This document shows positions 9,255 to 20,134 of a DNA stretch of 64,000 bases, in pieces. The number at the start of each line of letters is the position of its first letter. Position 1 is the first letter of the stretch. Under the pieces are notes generated by a model that searched no databases, was not told where the DNA came from, and saw only the letters and a program-made list of their open reading frames with translations. Source of the stretch: Cyanidioschyzon merolae (lineage: Eukaryota); NCBI GenBank assembly GCA_000091205.1, contig AP006492.2; one strand, given 5' to 3'. A program made the position numbers and the translations under genes.

Positions 9255-11429
9255 ATGGCAACGAAAACCTCGCTTGGGGAACGTCAACTACCTGAAGCAG
9301 GCACGGTGAGCGGGCGCGAACCCATTGAGGCGGAAGTAGCGGCAGCGGAAGAGCTCCAGCTGTTCGTTAGCAACCGCGGTGATGGGTTTGTCTCATATCT
9401 ATCGCAGCGCTCGCCGACCCCAGTGGATCTGAGCTCTCTCCAAGCGCGAGACCGATCTTCTGAAGAAGACGAAAATGAGGATGAGGACCTTTGCAACGAC
9501 GACGACGAGCTCGACAGTGACGATGCTGACGTCTTCTCCGGTGTTACTGCTTCATCAGCAGGTCGGCTGTCAAGCTCCCCTGGGAGCGACGCGCTGGATG
9601 TGACTTCCGGGGCAACGCCAGTTCAGAAGCTCAGCTGGAGAGCCAGCTCTGGATCGCTCAGAACTCCCAAAACGGGTTCAATTGAGACGCCGAAACACCG
9701 CGTGACGGGTGTTGGATCCAATGCATCGGATCGGTGGGAGTCCGAGCGGAGCGCCACGCGCAAAACACCGATGTCACCAGCGCGGATGAAACTTGCAACG
9801 TCCGCGCGTAGGATTCCGCAGCGATACTCCATGGCGGCACAGTACGTCAGCGAAGTTCCAGATGAGATGTACGCCGAAGTGCCGCTTGTTGCTGCGCTCA
9901 TTACGTATGCTATGTACGCGGTGGTTATCGTTCTGGGGTATCTGCGTGACGCTTTATCGAAGATTTTGAAACGACGAAGATACGCGATGATCAAGCCGCA
10001 GGGCTGTGCTCCGTTGCTTTCGGATTTTGAGGATTTCTACACACGCCGGCTCTACCGCCGCATCGAAGATTGCTGGTCCCGACCGATTTGCTCAGCCCCA
10101 GGTGCCTACATCGACGTCATCGAGAGGCGTTTTCGTACACCGAAGGAGCGGGAGCTTCTCCTGCAAAAGGGCATACTTGAGAGATGGGCGACGAAACCGC
10201 CGCAACTGAAGCCAGTGGAGCTCATCCGGGAGGGCACCAACGAGGTGATTGGCTGGATTCCACAGGCACCATTCACAGCAGCGCTGACCTATACAGGTCG
10301 CGTCAAGCGGTGCCTTAACCTCAGCTCCTACAATTATCTCGGATATGGCGAGGTGCCGGGCGGTGTAGATGCATCCGTGCTGGAAACTCTGGATAGGTAC
10401 GGCGTTGCCACTGGCGCTGCGAGAGAGAGCGGTTGCACGGCGGTGCTTCGCGAGCTCGAGCAAACGGTGGCACGTTTCGTGGGCAAACCTGATGCAATCG
10501 TCATTGGTATGGGCTTCGCAACGAATTCTATGATCATTCCGGCGATCATTGGGAAAGGCGGCCTCATCATTAGCGACGAATTGAACCACGCGAGCATTGT
10601 GGCAGGCGCGCGTTCGTCAGGGGCGCGTATCCGAGTTTTTCGACACAACGATGCCAAAGACCTGGAGCGCGTCCTCCGATCAGCGATTGCTGAGGGTCAG
10701 CCAAGATCGCACCGCCAATGGCGTCGCATTCTCGTCGTTGTAGAGGGTATCTACTCCATGGAGGGTGCGATCTGCAACCTTCGCGAGATCGCGCGCGTGA
10801 CGCGCAAATACAAGGCATTCCTCTTTGTCGACGAGGCGCACAGTATTGGTGCGCTTGGAGAGCGAGGTCGTGGTGTGTGTGAGTTCACCGGGGTCGACCC
10901 GCGAGATGTCGACATTCTGATGGGCACCTTCACCAAGAGCTTCGGTGCAGTAGGTGGCTACGTCGCAGCCTCGCGGGAGCTGGTTGCACACCTGCGACGC
11001 ACAGCGCCCGGTGCCCTGTACGCGTCCACCATGTCGCCTGCTTGTGCGAAGCATATCCTATTTGCGATGCGTCAGATCAGCGGCGAGGATGGTACGGATA
11101 TTGGACGGAGGAAGCTGACGCAACTGCGGGAAAATTCGCTCTACTTCCGCCGGCGTCTCTTGGAAATGGGTCTGCAGACGATCGGCAGCACGGGGTCTCC
11201 TGTAATTCCGATCATGCTCTATGTACCTTCTGTGATTGCCGAGTTCAGCCGCGAATGCCTCAAGCGCGGCCTCGCAGTGGTCGTGGTCGGTTTCCCCGCG
11301 ACGCCCCTCATTTTGAGTCGTTCACGGATTTGTATCAGCGCGGCCCATAGTCGCGAGGATTTGGATTTCGCTCTGAATGTAATTGAACAAGTTGCGGATC
11401 TTCTGAAAATCCGTTACTTGCGCAAGTGA
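9255..11429 (+). CDS. LCB2: serine palmitoyltransferase long-chain base subunit 2 (LCB2/SPTLC2; class-II PLP aminotransferase)
   Basis: Hallmarks are 'LNLSSYNYLGYGE', the PLP-lysine region 'GTFTKSFGAVGGYVAAS', and 'VDEAHSIGALGERGRGVCEF'. There is an unusual ~200-aa acidic, Ser-rich N-terminal extension. Confidence 0.85.
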   Translation: MATKTSLGERQLPEAGTVSGREPIEAEVAAAEELQLFVSNRGDGFVSYLSQRSPTPVDLSSLQARDRSSEEDENEDEDLCNDDDELDSDDADVFSGVTASSAGRLSSSPGSDALDVTSGATPVQKLSWRASSGSLRTPKTGSIETPKHRVTGVGSNASDRWESERSATRKTPMSPARMKLATSARRIPQRYSMAAQYVSEVPDEMYAEVPLVAALITYAMYAVVIVLGYLRDALSKILKRRRYAMIKPQGCAPLLSDFEDFYTRRLYRRIEDCWSRPICSAPGAYIDVIERRFRTPKERELLLQKGILERWATKPPQLKPVELIREGTNEVIGWIPQAPFTAALTYTGRVKRCLNLSSYNYLGYGEVPGGVDASVLETLDRYGVATGAARESGCTAVLRELEQTVARFVGKPDAIVIGMGFATNSMIIPAIIGKGGLIISDELNHASIVAGARSSGARIRVFRHNDAKDLERVLRSAIAEGQPRSHRQWRRILVVVEGIYSMEGAICNLREIARVTRKYKAFLFVDEAHSIGALGERGRGVCEFTGVDPRDVDILMGTFTKSFGAVGGYVAASRELVAHLRRTAPGALYASTMSPACAKHILFAMRQISGEDGTDIGRRKLTQLRENSLYFRRRLLEMGLQTIGSTGSPVIPIMLYVPSVIAEFSRECLKRGLAVVVVGFPATPLILSRSRICISAAHSREDLDFALNVIEQVADLLKIRYLRK

Positions 11430-12222
11430 GGAAAAGCGATGTGCCGCAGCCTGACAACAGGCGACGAGCTGGCCAGCACAGGACGCTCTGGAATACGGGC
11501 CTGTCAAGCGCGCGACCGGCAGCACCAGCGCAGACACAATGAGCGAAACGACGTGCAGGGAGTATCCAGCCGGATTTTTCATCTGATCAGGGTGTCTCCA
11601 CTTTGTACCATGGCTTATCGCGATGTATCTGGATTCTTGCTCTTGAAGGCGGCCATCTGCTCGAACACCGAACAGGGATCCCGTTCTCAAACGATCGCGA
11701 TGTGCTGTTCGGGACGACGTTCCGAGCCCAGCGCCAATGCCACAACAGACAAGCAGCTCTACACTCGCGAAATTCACCCCGCTCAATGACGGTTGCGTGT
11801 CGCTGTTCGTGCAGGTCTCTGGCTCATCTTCATCATTCTATTTTGGATACAGATCCCCGAACTTGGATAGCGTTTCGGCATGGGACAGGAATTCGAGGTG
11901 TCGCTCAATTGCACAGCGATTCGCAACCGAAGAGACCTCGTCCTGCATTCCCGAGGTTGTATTGCAAACATAACCCACAGCTCATGACGCCAACGAAGTA
12001 ACGGTTTACGCCAAGGATTGCGAATATCGATACCGCTCTTCATGCCGCATATGCGGGATGACTAGGCGCCGCATCGGACGCCAGGCGAGCTGTTGAAAAC
12101 AAGCGAGTCTTTTTTTTCTGGTATATGCAGCGACGGGCCCTGATCCATATCGTTCGAGTGCGTCGCCTATGAGGTCCTCGTGCTCTCTTTTTGTCCTGTA
12201 GGTGACAAGTTCGCGCGGTGCG

Positions 12223-13764
12223 TCACCAGCTCGGCGGTGGAGCCGACGGACGTGGCACGCCCTCTGACCCGCCGTTTTCCGACCCTCCAAGCGAGGTCAC
12301 TGTTGACTTGCCAGCGCCCGCCCAGCTCGTGTCGGGTATTGTGGCGAGCGTATCCGCCCCGCCACCGAACCTGGAGTAAGGAGCGCTCGCAGCTTGGTTC
12401 TCGGGAGTAGCACTCGCATCCAATGGATAAATCTGGTACATGACTGGTTGAACGGTTCGTCCCGGAGCCATCTTTGCCCAGACAAGCAGGTCTGCATCCA
12501 GAACGAGCAAAAAGTAGAGGATAATGTAGATGGCGGCGAGGACCAGTCCGACGACAAAAACGATAAACGCGGAAGAGATATCCGAGTCGCGCTGACTGCC
12601 ACAGGATAAGGCACCAATACGGTGCACTGCCCGGAGCATCGTGGTGCAGTTCGTCAAGTCCTCGACCTGGGTCACCAGCTGGTCGGTCACCTGGGTGTAA
12701 TCCGAGTCGCTCAGGCCGGTTGCGCTCTCAATGATATATCGGCAGTCCGAAATGATCGACTTCAGTTCAGAAATCGCTTGGCTGTACGACTTGCCTAGGG
12801 TATTCAACACAGGGCACTGTAGGCCGACCTCGATAAAGGCGTTTCCTGAGGGAGGCGGTGGCGCTGGCTGACCCTGTTGAAAAGACTTGACCTGCGATTC
12901 CATATACTGGAAGAGTTGATTTTGGGAAACACAGGCATCGCTCAGTGCGAGGGCTGCGGCAACCGCGAGACCCACCACAACCCATGCGATGCCCATGACC
13001 AGTCCGGCAAAGATGAGTGCAAGAATGCGAGAAAAGACCGCACAGCAGTTGCGGACGTGTCCCTGACAGAGCACCAAGGCCAGGTAGGTTACGCCGACTT
13101 GAACGGCTAGCAAGATGACAATCGCCAGAAAGATGTACTGCACGACATAGATGCCTTCATTGCTGGCTCTGTAGTCGGCCCCGGCCACCAACTGGGCATC
13201 TGACTCGAGAGTTTGCGCTTTTTGGTTCAGACTGGAGAGCGCTGACTTGCACTCGAGGCCGTTCGTACTACCATGCGCCGCAACGTACTCGGAGACTGCT
13301 TGACTAAAGTTACTGACAGTCTGGGCGATGAATGTTGCACCATTGTCGAGCTCGCCTCCCGCAGATATCAGTGCTTTAAAGGTACCCGATACCGAGCGGT
13401 CGATACCGCGCGCCGCCTGGAACATGATCGCGAGCGAACCATACGTGATAACGATAAGAGCGAGACCCACGAGGCCCAAGGCCACAAAGTGCCTCCGCAA
13501 ACCCGGTCTGAGACTGCGCTTGTACCACCACTGCTTGCAGCAACATGAGCGGATCGTCAGAACCAGAAGAGCGGCTAAGAAGAGCACTACACCAACGATA
13601 GCGTACGGAAGTGCGTTCAGCGCTACCGCCACGGCATAGGACTTGCTGAGGGCAAACGTGTTCCGCGAGTCTACTCGCAGGTACTCACTGTGGAAGAAGT
13701 TTACGAGCGCAGATAGTTGCGCAGCTGACGTCCCTAGCCAGACACTTTCAACGAGAGAGAGACT
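12223..13764 (-). CDS. polytopic membrane protein with 5 predicted TM helices in a 2-loop-2-loop-1 arrangement (tweety/prominin-like topology)
   Basis: Hydrophobic helices are 'IVGVVLFLAALLVLTI', 'VALGLVGLALIVITYGSLAIMF', 'IFLAIVILLAVQVGVTYLALVL', 'ILALIFAGLVMGIAWVVVGLAVAAALAL' and 'FIVFVVGLVLAAIYIILYFLLVL', separated by two ~100-aa Cys-containing loops. I place the start at ATG 13764 ('MSLSLVES...'). The ORF track extends to 14571, but that upstream stretch is low-complexity and contains a 59-bp tandem duplication. Family assignment is by topology only. Confidence 0.5.
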   Translation of the reverse strand, partial: SLSLVESVWLGTSAAQLSALVNFFHSEYLRVDSRNTFALSKSYAVAVALNALPYAIVGVVLFLAALLVLTIRSCCCKQWWYKRSLRPGLRRHFVALGLVGLALIVITYGSLAIMFQAARGIDRSVSGTFKALISAGGELDNGATFIAQTVSNFSQAVSEYVAAHGSTNGLECKSALSSLNQKAQTLESDAQLVAGADYRASNEGIYVVQYIFLAIVILLAVQVGVTYLALVLCQGHVRNCCAVFSRILALIFAGLVMGIAWVVVGLAVAAALALSDACVSQNQLFQYMESQVKSFQQGQPAPPPPSGNAFIEVGLQCPVLNTLGKSYSQAISELKSIISDCRYIIESATGLSDSDYTQVTDQLVTQVEDLTNCTTMLRAVHRIGALSCGSQRDSDISSAFIVFVVGLVLAAIYIILYFLLVLDADLLVWAKMAPGRTVQPVMYQIYPLDASATPENQAASAPYSRFGGGADTLATIPDTSWAGAGKSTVTSLGGSENGGSEGVPRPSAPPPSW

Positions 13765-14027
13765 CATCGGGAGCGGTGCACCAGGGAATACGCCAGCCAC
13801 GTAGCTAGCAAGGTCGCTGTCGGAACCAGGAGGACTGCCCCCTGAAACGTTGGCTGGTGCGCCGCCTGCGTCCCTGTGCGAACACACGTGTCCGGCGGCT
13901 CGGGGTGCTGGCGTGCAGCATTCACCTGTCGGATTGATGGGCGAATGCGGTGTCGCGCTATCTCGGCAGAGGCGGCGATGCTGCTGTCTCGCGGTACAGA
14001 CACACCCACAGACGCTCTGCAGGTATG

Positions 14028-14145
14028 TGTACCGATTGTTCATATTCTGTACAGTAGAGTTCATGTTCTGATCGAGCAGCAATGGTGACCGATTGTTCGT
14101 ATTATGTACATTAGAGTTCATGTTCTGATCGAGCAGCAGCGTCCC
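14028..14145. repeat. 59-bp tandem duplication (2 copies)
   Basis: 'ccgattgttcatattctgtacagtagagttcatgttctgatcgagcagcaatggtga' is followed by 'ccgattgttcgtattatgtacattagagttcatgttctgatcgagcagcagcg'. Confidence 0.8.
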
Positions 14146-14667
14146 TGTGCTGGGAATCCGCGGTGCTGCACGACCGACTCCGATGCGGGATTGATCGGCG
14201 ACGCCGCCTGGCTGGCTGGCTGGCTGGCTGGCGCAGAGCGTCCGTTGGCTGCTGTGTCGACACGCTGGCAAGTCGACGACGACGGCGACGACGACAGCAG
14301 TCTGACGCCTGATGCCCAGATGCGTAGCAGGCGGTGTCCTCGGAGTGGGTGGCGTGTCCTGCAGGCGCGTGCGCCACAACGTTGTGCTGTACAGCGTACG
14401 GCAGCTGGACAGCCTGCGTGCCTCCAGCGCCTCCGCTGTGTCCCTGTGCCTGAACGAAGCGTTGGTGATACGCGAGCTGCTCTTGTCTGTATCCAGAAAT
14501 ACGGCGCTCGGTAAAGTCTCTCGCTGAAACCGTTTTACTGGCGTTCGCAGAACCGAGCTGGGGTATCGCAAACCAGGTTGTACACTCGGTTAAAGTTCAG
14601 GTTCCTGGGCTCAGTTCTGCGGCTGTTCTACGCTGCTCAGACGAATCGAGCGCTATTTTTGAGTAAA

Positions 14668-15447
14668 ATGGGTCACAAGTCGCAAGGTAACGGGAACCGG
14701 CAGATCGAGTCCGACGAGTATTCGCTGGCAACGAAGCGCGACTCGAGCGCCCTCGGGCACAAGTCTCGCACCGTCGCTGAACGCAGTTACACGCATAAAA
14801 TCCAACGAGAACGGCTCTTGTCTGGATTTCTGCTTGCCCAAGTTCTTTTCGGATGCTTTCTGATTGTGTGGTCTTGCTGGTATCTTACAAGCGGCAGCTC
14901 GTTTCCCGCAACTCGGTATTATTACTTGGATGCATCCAAGATCTACACGCTCAGCTACTTCGAACCGTTAACGCACCGACCTTTTTTGATAGCGGCCATC
15001 AATGGTGGATATCCGCTGGTGAATAACATCATCCGTCTAGTCACTGGATGCATGATTGTGCTGGCTGCACTGCTATGGATCGTTCTTTTTTATCACTTTC
15101 GGCACGGGCATGCTTTCTTCTGGCTGACTCAGTTGGGCATAACAGGTGCTGCAGCGGCTTCCGCCGGGCTCGATTTTCATTCCACAGTAGAAGCGTACCG
15201 AATCTGCAGTCGAAGCAGTGCACAGGCACGATGCGACGGCTCGCCTTCGAGTATCGGCTCATTCTCGCTCTCGGAAATGTATTGCGAATGTGGAACCCAG
15301 GGATACTATTGGGCGCTGTCTGCCGTTGATGCGATCGTTTTCTTCTCTGCATTGCTGTCGCTTGTGGCGGCCATATCGGCAATGGTAGCGCTTCGTAGAC
15401 GGGAGCGGGGGAACAGACCACCCACGCCCGCATCAGTTGGGTGGTAG
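14668..15447 (+). CDS. hypothetical small membrane protein (approximately 4 TM helices)
   Basis: Uninterrupted ORF with hydrophobic segments 'LLSGFLLAQVLFGCFLIVW', 'MIVLAALLWIVLFYHF', 'LTQLGITGAAAASAG' and 'IVFFSALLSLVAAISAMVAL'. I recognise no family. Start at ATG 14668; ORF track from 14578. Confidence 0.4.
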   Translation: MGHKSQGNGNRQIESDEYSLATKRDSSALGHKSRTVAERSYTHKIQRERLLSGFLLAQVLFGCFLIVWSCWYLTSGSSFPATRYYYLDASKIYTLSYFEPLTHRPFLIAAINGGYPLVNNIIRLVTGCMIVLAALLWIVLFYHFRHGHAFFWLTQLGITGAAAASAGLDFHSTVEAYRICSRSSAQARCDGSPSSIGSFSLSEMYCECGTQGYYWALSAVDAIVFFSALLSLVAAISAMVALRRRERGNRPPTPASVGW

Positions 15448-17122
15448 ATGGTGCTAGAGGTCGCGCTGATGCGTTCTTTTCACTGAAAGCGCTTGAAGTG
15501 CCTGAGCCTGCGCTGGTGTTTGCGTTGCTATAGCTCGTTACGGGTTGCTGCTCGGACATGCAACGCCCCGCCATAAGCGAGGAAGACTCTCAGCAAGGTC
15601 CCGGGTTGGAACTCGGACCTGTCCAGAAATGAGCGCCTCAGCGTCGCGGTGCTTTGACCGTGAGTGCGCTCCTAGCGCGTGCTGCTGCTGCTGCTGCATC
15701 TGGCCTCAACGCTCGAGCGTGCCAGCATTATGCGAGCACTTGCCCGATGACCCTGCCCAAGACGGACTTAGATTCTTCCGCGGGTAGCGCACTGGCCCAG
15801 CCCGTGGCTCTCGACTCTGGGGAGTGCCGGTGGTTTGCAGCGTATTGTAGCACCCGCACCGCGGCATGAAAATCGCCAAAGGCACCTCTGCGAGCTCCAT
15901 GCTTTTTGTAAAACGACAACGTGAACGATCTGCTTGCGATTCCATCTCTAAACGAATTCCGAACCGTCCTCTACTTTCCGACTGCTCGCAAGGCACTCTC
16001 GGAACGTCGCTGGCAAAAGTGTTTACAGCGCTTACACGAGGCGTGCCCTCTCTAGAGAACTCCGCGTGACAGTTGCGCCAAAGTTTGTCAGTGACTACAC
16101 CATATCCTTACCCATAACCAGGCACTTGCGTACTGCACAGTTCGCGTCCACACTTGTTCAGGGTAGCCTCGCTTCTCCCTCGGCCAAAATGACGAGTAGC
16201 AGACCGTGAGCGGACTCGTGCGAAGAGCGCTCCTTGGCCGACGCTCGGCAATGGTACGCAGCAGATGACGAACGTGCTGTGCAAATGTTTCGATATTTAT
16301 ACAATAATATACATAATCAATCCATTATGTACCATGATGCGCTTTTGCGCTGGCATGACGCACTCCGCTGTGCAGCGCATCAAGCAGCGCGCCTGTGCAA
16401 TGCGCTGGAAGCGTACGTTTGTCAAGAACCTCGAAGAACGCCTGCATTCGAGCATATGCGGCCGGCTGACCCCCAGCGCTGCGGCTGAACGTGTGCAGCT
16501 TGCATACATGCTAAGCGGCCTAGACAGCGACACAGTGCTCGACTTGGTGGCGTTTCTCGCTTGGCTGCTGTCGCGCAAGCTTTCTGGTATCCCCGCAAGG
16601 GTGTCGTCATGAACCGGGAATCGCAGTTTTCCTGCAGCCAGCGCAGTACGCCAGCCTCATCAACAGACCGACATTTTCAACCGTGTCAGATCTATGGAGT
16701 GTGTTGTGAAACACAGCAAATTGCCAAGGCAATGCATGCTCCTCAGCAAGACTCCTGAGGTCCGCTACCCTGCCCTGTATCTACCGGGACTGCAAGAAGC
16801 TGGCTCTGCCACGACGCATACTCCGCTGTGTACGATAAGGCCGACAACTGGAATCCATTTGATTCGCTGTTAAACTCGTGCCCAGGCCGCTTATTGCATG
16901 AGAATGCTCTGGCATCCGCCTCTATAACGCAAGCACCGCAGGTGCAGCGTTGCCGCCCCCCGTCGCAACGTCGCGCCTCCACGAGGTCGTGGCGTTCGTC
17001 GCGGCCAAAGCCGAGGCCGCTGCCCATGCGCTGCTTGCGCCGAACGCTCGTGAGAGTTGCGCTTTTCTGGCTGGGTAACTCGGACGTCTTATAACGAGTG
17101 ACTCGGTGTTGCCTCTGCGGTT

Positions 17123-20100
17123 ATGCCGCTCCTGCACCGCAGCGAGTTTCGTCCACAGCAACCTTCGTCAGATCTCTCTCCTGCTGACTTGGTTTTCTAT
17201 TATCCCGACACTGGTGAAGTCTTTCGTGAGTACGCTGACTACCTAGACCACTACTGGTTGTACGCGAGTCGCATCTGGTCATGTTCTACGACAGGAAAGG
17301 GCGGGCTCACCTTTCGAGAGGCGCTCTTGTCCGAGCGAGCTGCTGCTGAGCGTCTGGAGCAGCGATTTCGCTCGAGCCTCTATCTAGAGCCTCTGTGTCG
17401 CCTGGTTCACCACTTTGCCGGGCGTCTGGATGATCTCGTCGACGCCGTGGCGGAAATATTCCAAAAATCCTATGTTCCTGGTGAAACATACGTCGATGGG
17501 GGCGGAAAGCAGGCGTCCGTTCGACGAGTCTTCATCGCTCATGCGGACACCAGCGACCTTGAACCTGTACGGTACTCGCCGGAGCTCGCTCGAGCGGTGC
17601 TCGAGAAACGCTTTGAGTTTGCGCGTATACGTTACGAGCTTGAGGATGGACGTATCTTGCCAGCGCCCTTAGCGGTATTGAATCGGAAAGCACCGCCTGT
17701 ACCCAAAACGCTTTTGAAACAAAAGATACGAGAGATTTCCTCCAGGGATCCATGGCACGGCGCGCCTCTGGTGGTTCAGAATCCCGTGCTGGTACAGCAG
17801 TTCCAGCTGCCCGAGGCACTTCCGACGCCCGAGATGCAGCGCGCCAAAGCGGAGTACGAGGAGCGAAGAATGCGACTCGAAGAGCCTGCAGCGGAGTCAT
17901 CAGCGCAAGCAGCGGACGTTGAGAAACCACGCGAGGAGCCTGAACCGGGTGTAACCACCGAAGCCAACAAGAAGCGACCGGGAAAACAAACGGAGCCAGA
18001 GCTCGTAGACGATCTGCTGGTGGACCATTCTGCGGACCCGCCGCGCCCCGAACCTGAACAGGACTTTATTGTGGACCGAGTTTCCTTCGGTGATGTGCTG
18101 ATGATCTGGAATTTTTTGAACCAATTTGGGAAGCAAGTTCTTATGCTAAGCCCGTTCTCGCTGGATGATTTTGAAGGTGCGCTGGCGTATCCGCCTGGGC
18201 ACTCACCACTGATCGATGCTGTTTTTTACGCACTGCTACGGTTGCTGCTGTCTGTGAGCAGCGATCCTGCCTGCTCTCGAGATCTGCGAGACTTTGTGGC
18301 CTCTAGCAGCAAGAGTGGCACTCTGGGCCTACTTCGACGAACGCTGTCACCGGCGAGTTGGCCACAGGTTTTGGTGGAGATGGTTCGTAATATGAAATTA
18401 CCCCCAGAGACGCGTCGTCTCTTCACGGAACAACGGCAACGCATTGGCACTGAGCAGGTCGGCATAGCGTCTGATGGAGCGGGCCCGACATCAAAGGATG
18501 CGGAGGTGACGGAACAGGCGGTGGTAAGCACTGCACCCCACCGTTTGCCTGGTTCCGATGGTAGCATCGAGCCTCGAGACCTCGAGGACGACAACAGTTA
18601 CAACGAGAACGACGATGGAAACAATCACGATGCTGCAGATGATCAGATGCTCTTATGGAACGAACCGCGCTCTCCTCTTGTTTCCAATCGAGTCGTCGAA
18701 GTGGTGCTTACGATCATGCAGCACGGCTATGGGCAAGTGCCACTCTCGGGGCGGCTTGTTGTTTTGAGGGCGCTCTGTGAGGAGGCCATGGCCACGGAGC
18801 GCGTTCGACGTGTACTGGACGCGATCCTTGTCGAGCGGGCGGAAGTTGCGCGGAGTACACGACAGCAGCTCATGGAGAAGCGTCGCGTGATCAGAGAGCA
18901 GATTGGAGAAGCGGAAGAGGCGCTCTTCGCTTTCGAAGAGGCGCACGGTATCAGACGGGATAGAGGCGAACACCGAGCTGCTACGCAAAGCGATGCCCAA
19001 TGCGTGAGCGCTTCGATGGCAGAGCAGCAGGAAGAGCATTCGGAACGAAAGCCCCACAGTAATGGAAAGAAATCTCGTCCTCGTTCCATCGGAGACGCCT
19101 TGCGGACTGAGCGAGCTGCTTCTCTGCAAAGTGGTGAAGAAGGTAGCTATGCAGATGATGCATCACAAAGTGGAAGCGAACAAGACGACGATGATGGCGA
19201 CGATATGGATCTGGGAACGCACGAAGAATCCACCAGTGTCTACAACGATGATGACGATGGCAACGACCTCGAGCCGGGACAGCGGGGAAGCGAGTCTCAG
19301 ACTGGCGCTGTCCGCTCACACCCACAGCGTAACCGGAGCCGGTTATCGGGGTCGATTTCGACGACTTCGGTGTGGAACGGGTCGCTGGTTTGCGCGGCGG
19401 ATGATCGACCCGACTTGAGTAGTGGCGACGACGCGTCGCAGTACACCCCATCGACAGAGCGTGGAGCGTTGCAGCGCGTCGCCCAGCAGTCCCAAGCAAA
19501 ATTGGACGAAGACCGAAAGCGTCACACAGACGCCAACGGGTACCTCTCAACGCCCGATGTGAAACGCCTCGTCCGCCTATCTCGCCAAGAGGCTCTCGCA
19601 GCCGAACGAGAGAGACGAGCTCAAGAGCGTCGTCAATTCGAAATTGAACGAGAGCATGCCCGCCTCATTGCACGCAGACGAACTCTGCAGAAAGAATTGC
19701 GGCGAGAGCGGGAAACATATGGTGAACAGATGGCGGCCGCACTCTCGGAATACTCGGTGCGGACTACGCCCCTGGGTCTCGACCGCGACCTCAATCGCTA
19801 TTGGTTCTTCCACGGCGAAGGTCGTCTGTTTATTGAAAAACAGCCGAACGCTGATGAACCGCCAGTATGGTCGTACTACGCATCAAAATCACAAGTGGAT
19901 GCGTTTCTCTTGCATCTGAATACGCGAGGGCGTCGGGAGAGTGCTCTGCACCGCCGGATCCTGCGATCTTACAACTGGATTATCAGCGCAATGCGAAAAC
20001 GAAACCAGACCATGCCCACGAAACGATTATGGGCCAGCGAGCGCCCATCGCGTACGAGACAGGCACCAGAATCGCGTCTGGCGTGGTTTCGCTACGAAAA

Positions 20101-20134
20101 CAAGCTTGCAACGGAGACGCCGACGAGGACCTAG
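17123..20134 (+). CDS. WAC-DDT-WHIM domain chromatin-remodelling accessory protein (ACF1/BAZ1/WSTF-like ISWI partner)
   Basis: N-terminal WAC signature 'MPLLHRSEFRP...YYPDTGEVFREYADYLDHYWLYASRIWSCSTTGKGGLTFREALLSE'. DDT motif 'FGDVLMIWNFLNQFGKQVLMLSPFSLDDFEGALAY'. WSD/WHIM2-like 'LGLDRDLNRYWFF'. There is a long acidic low-complexity middle region. The ORF ends right after the WSD motif with no PHD or bromodomain. Confidence 0.7.
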   Translation: MPLLHRSEFRPQQPSSDLSPADLVFYYPDTGEVFREYADYLDHYWLYASRIWSCSTTGKGGLTFREALLSERAAAERLEQRFRSSLYLEPLCRLVHHFAGRLDDLVDAVAEIFQKSYVPGETYVDGGGKQASVRRVFIAHADTSDLEPVRYSPELARAVLEKRFEFARIRYELEDGRILPAPLAVLNRKAPPVPKTLLKQKIREISSRDPWHGAPLVVQNPVLVQQFQLPEALPTPEMQRAKAEYEERRMRLEEPAAESSAQAADVEKPREEPEPGVTTEANKKRPGKQTEPELVDDLLVDHSADPPRPEPEQDFIVDRVSFGDVLMIWNFLNQFGKQVLMLSPFSLDDFEGALAYPPGHSPLIDAVFYALLRLLLSVSSDPACSRDLRDFVASSSKSGTLGLLRRTLSPASWPQVLVEMVRNMKLPPETRRLFTEQRQRIGTEQVGIASDGAGPTSKDAEVTEQAVVSTAPHRLPGSDGSIEPRDLEDDNSYNENDDGNNHDAADDQMLLWNEPRSPLVSNRVVEVVLTIMQHGYGQVPLSGRLVVLRALCEEAMATERVRRVLDAILVERAEVARSTRQQLMEKRRVIREQIGEAEEALFAFEEAHGIRRDRGEHRAATQSDAQCVSASMAEQQEEHSERKPHSNGKKSRPRSIGDALRTERAASLQSGEEGSYADDASQSGSEQDDDDGDDMDLGTHEESTSVYNDDDDGNDLEPGQRGSESQTGAVRSHPQRNRSRLSGSISTTSVWNGSLVCAADDRPDLSSGDDASQYTPSTERGALQRVAQQSQAKLDEDRKRHTDANGYLSTPDVKRLVRLSRQEALAAERERRAQERRQFEIEREHARLIARRRTLQKELRRERETYGEQMAAALSEYSVRTTPLGLDRDLNRYWFFHGEGRLFIEKQPNADEPPVWSYYASKSQVDAFLLHLNTRGRRESALHRRILRSYNWIISAMRKRNQTMPTKRLWASERPSRTRQAPESRLAWFRYENKLATETPTRT

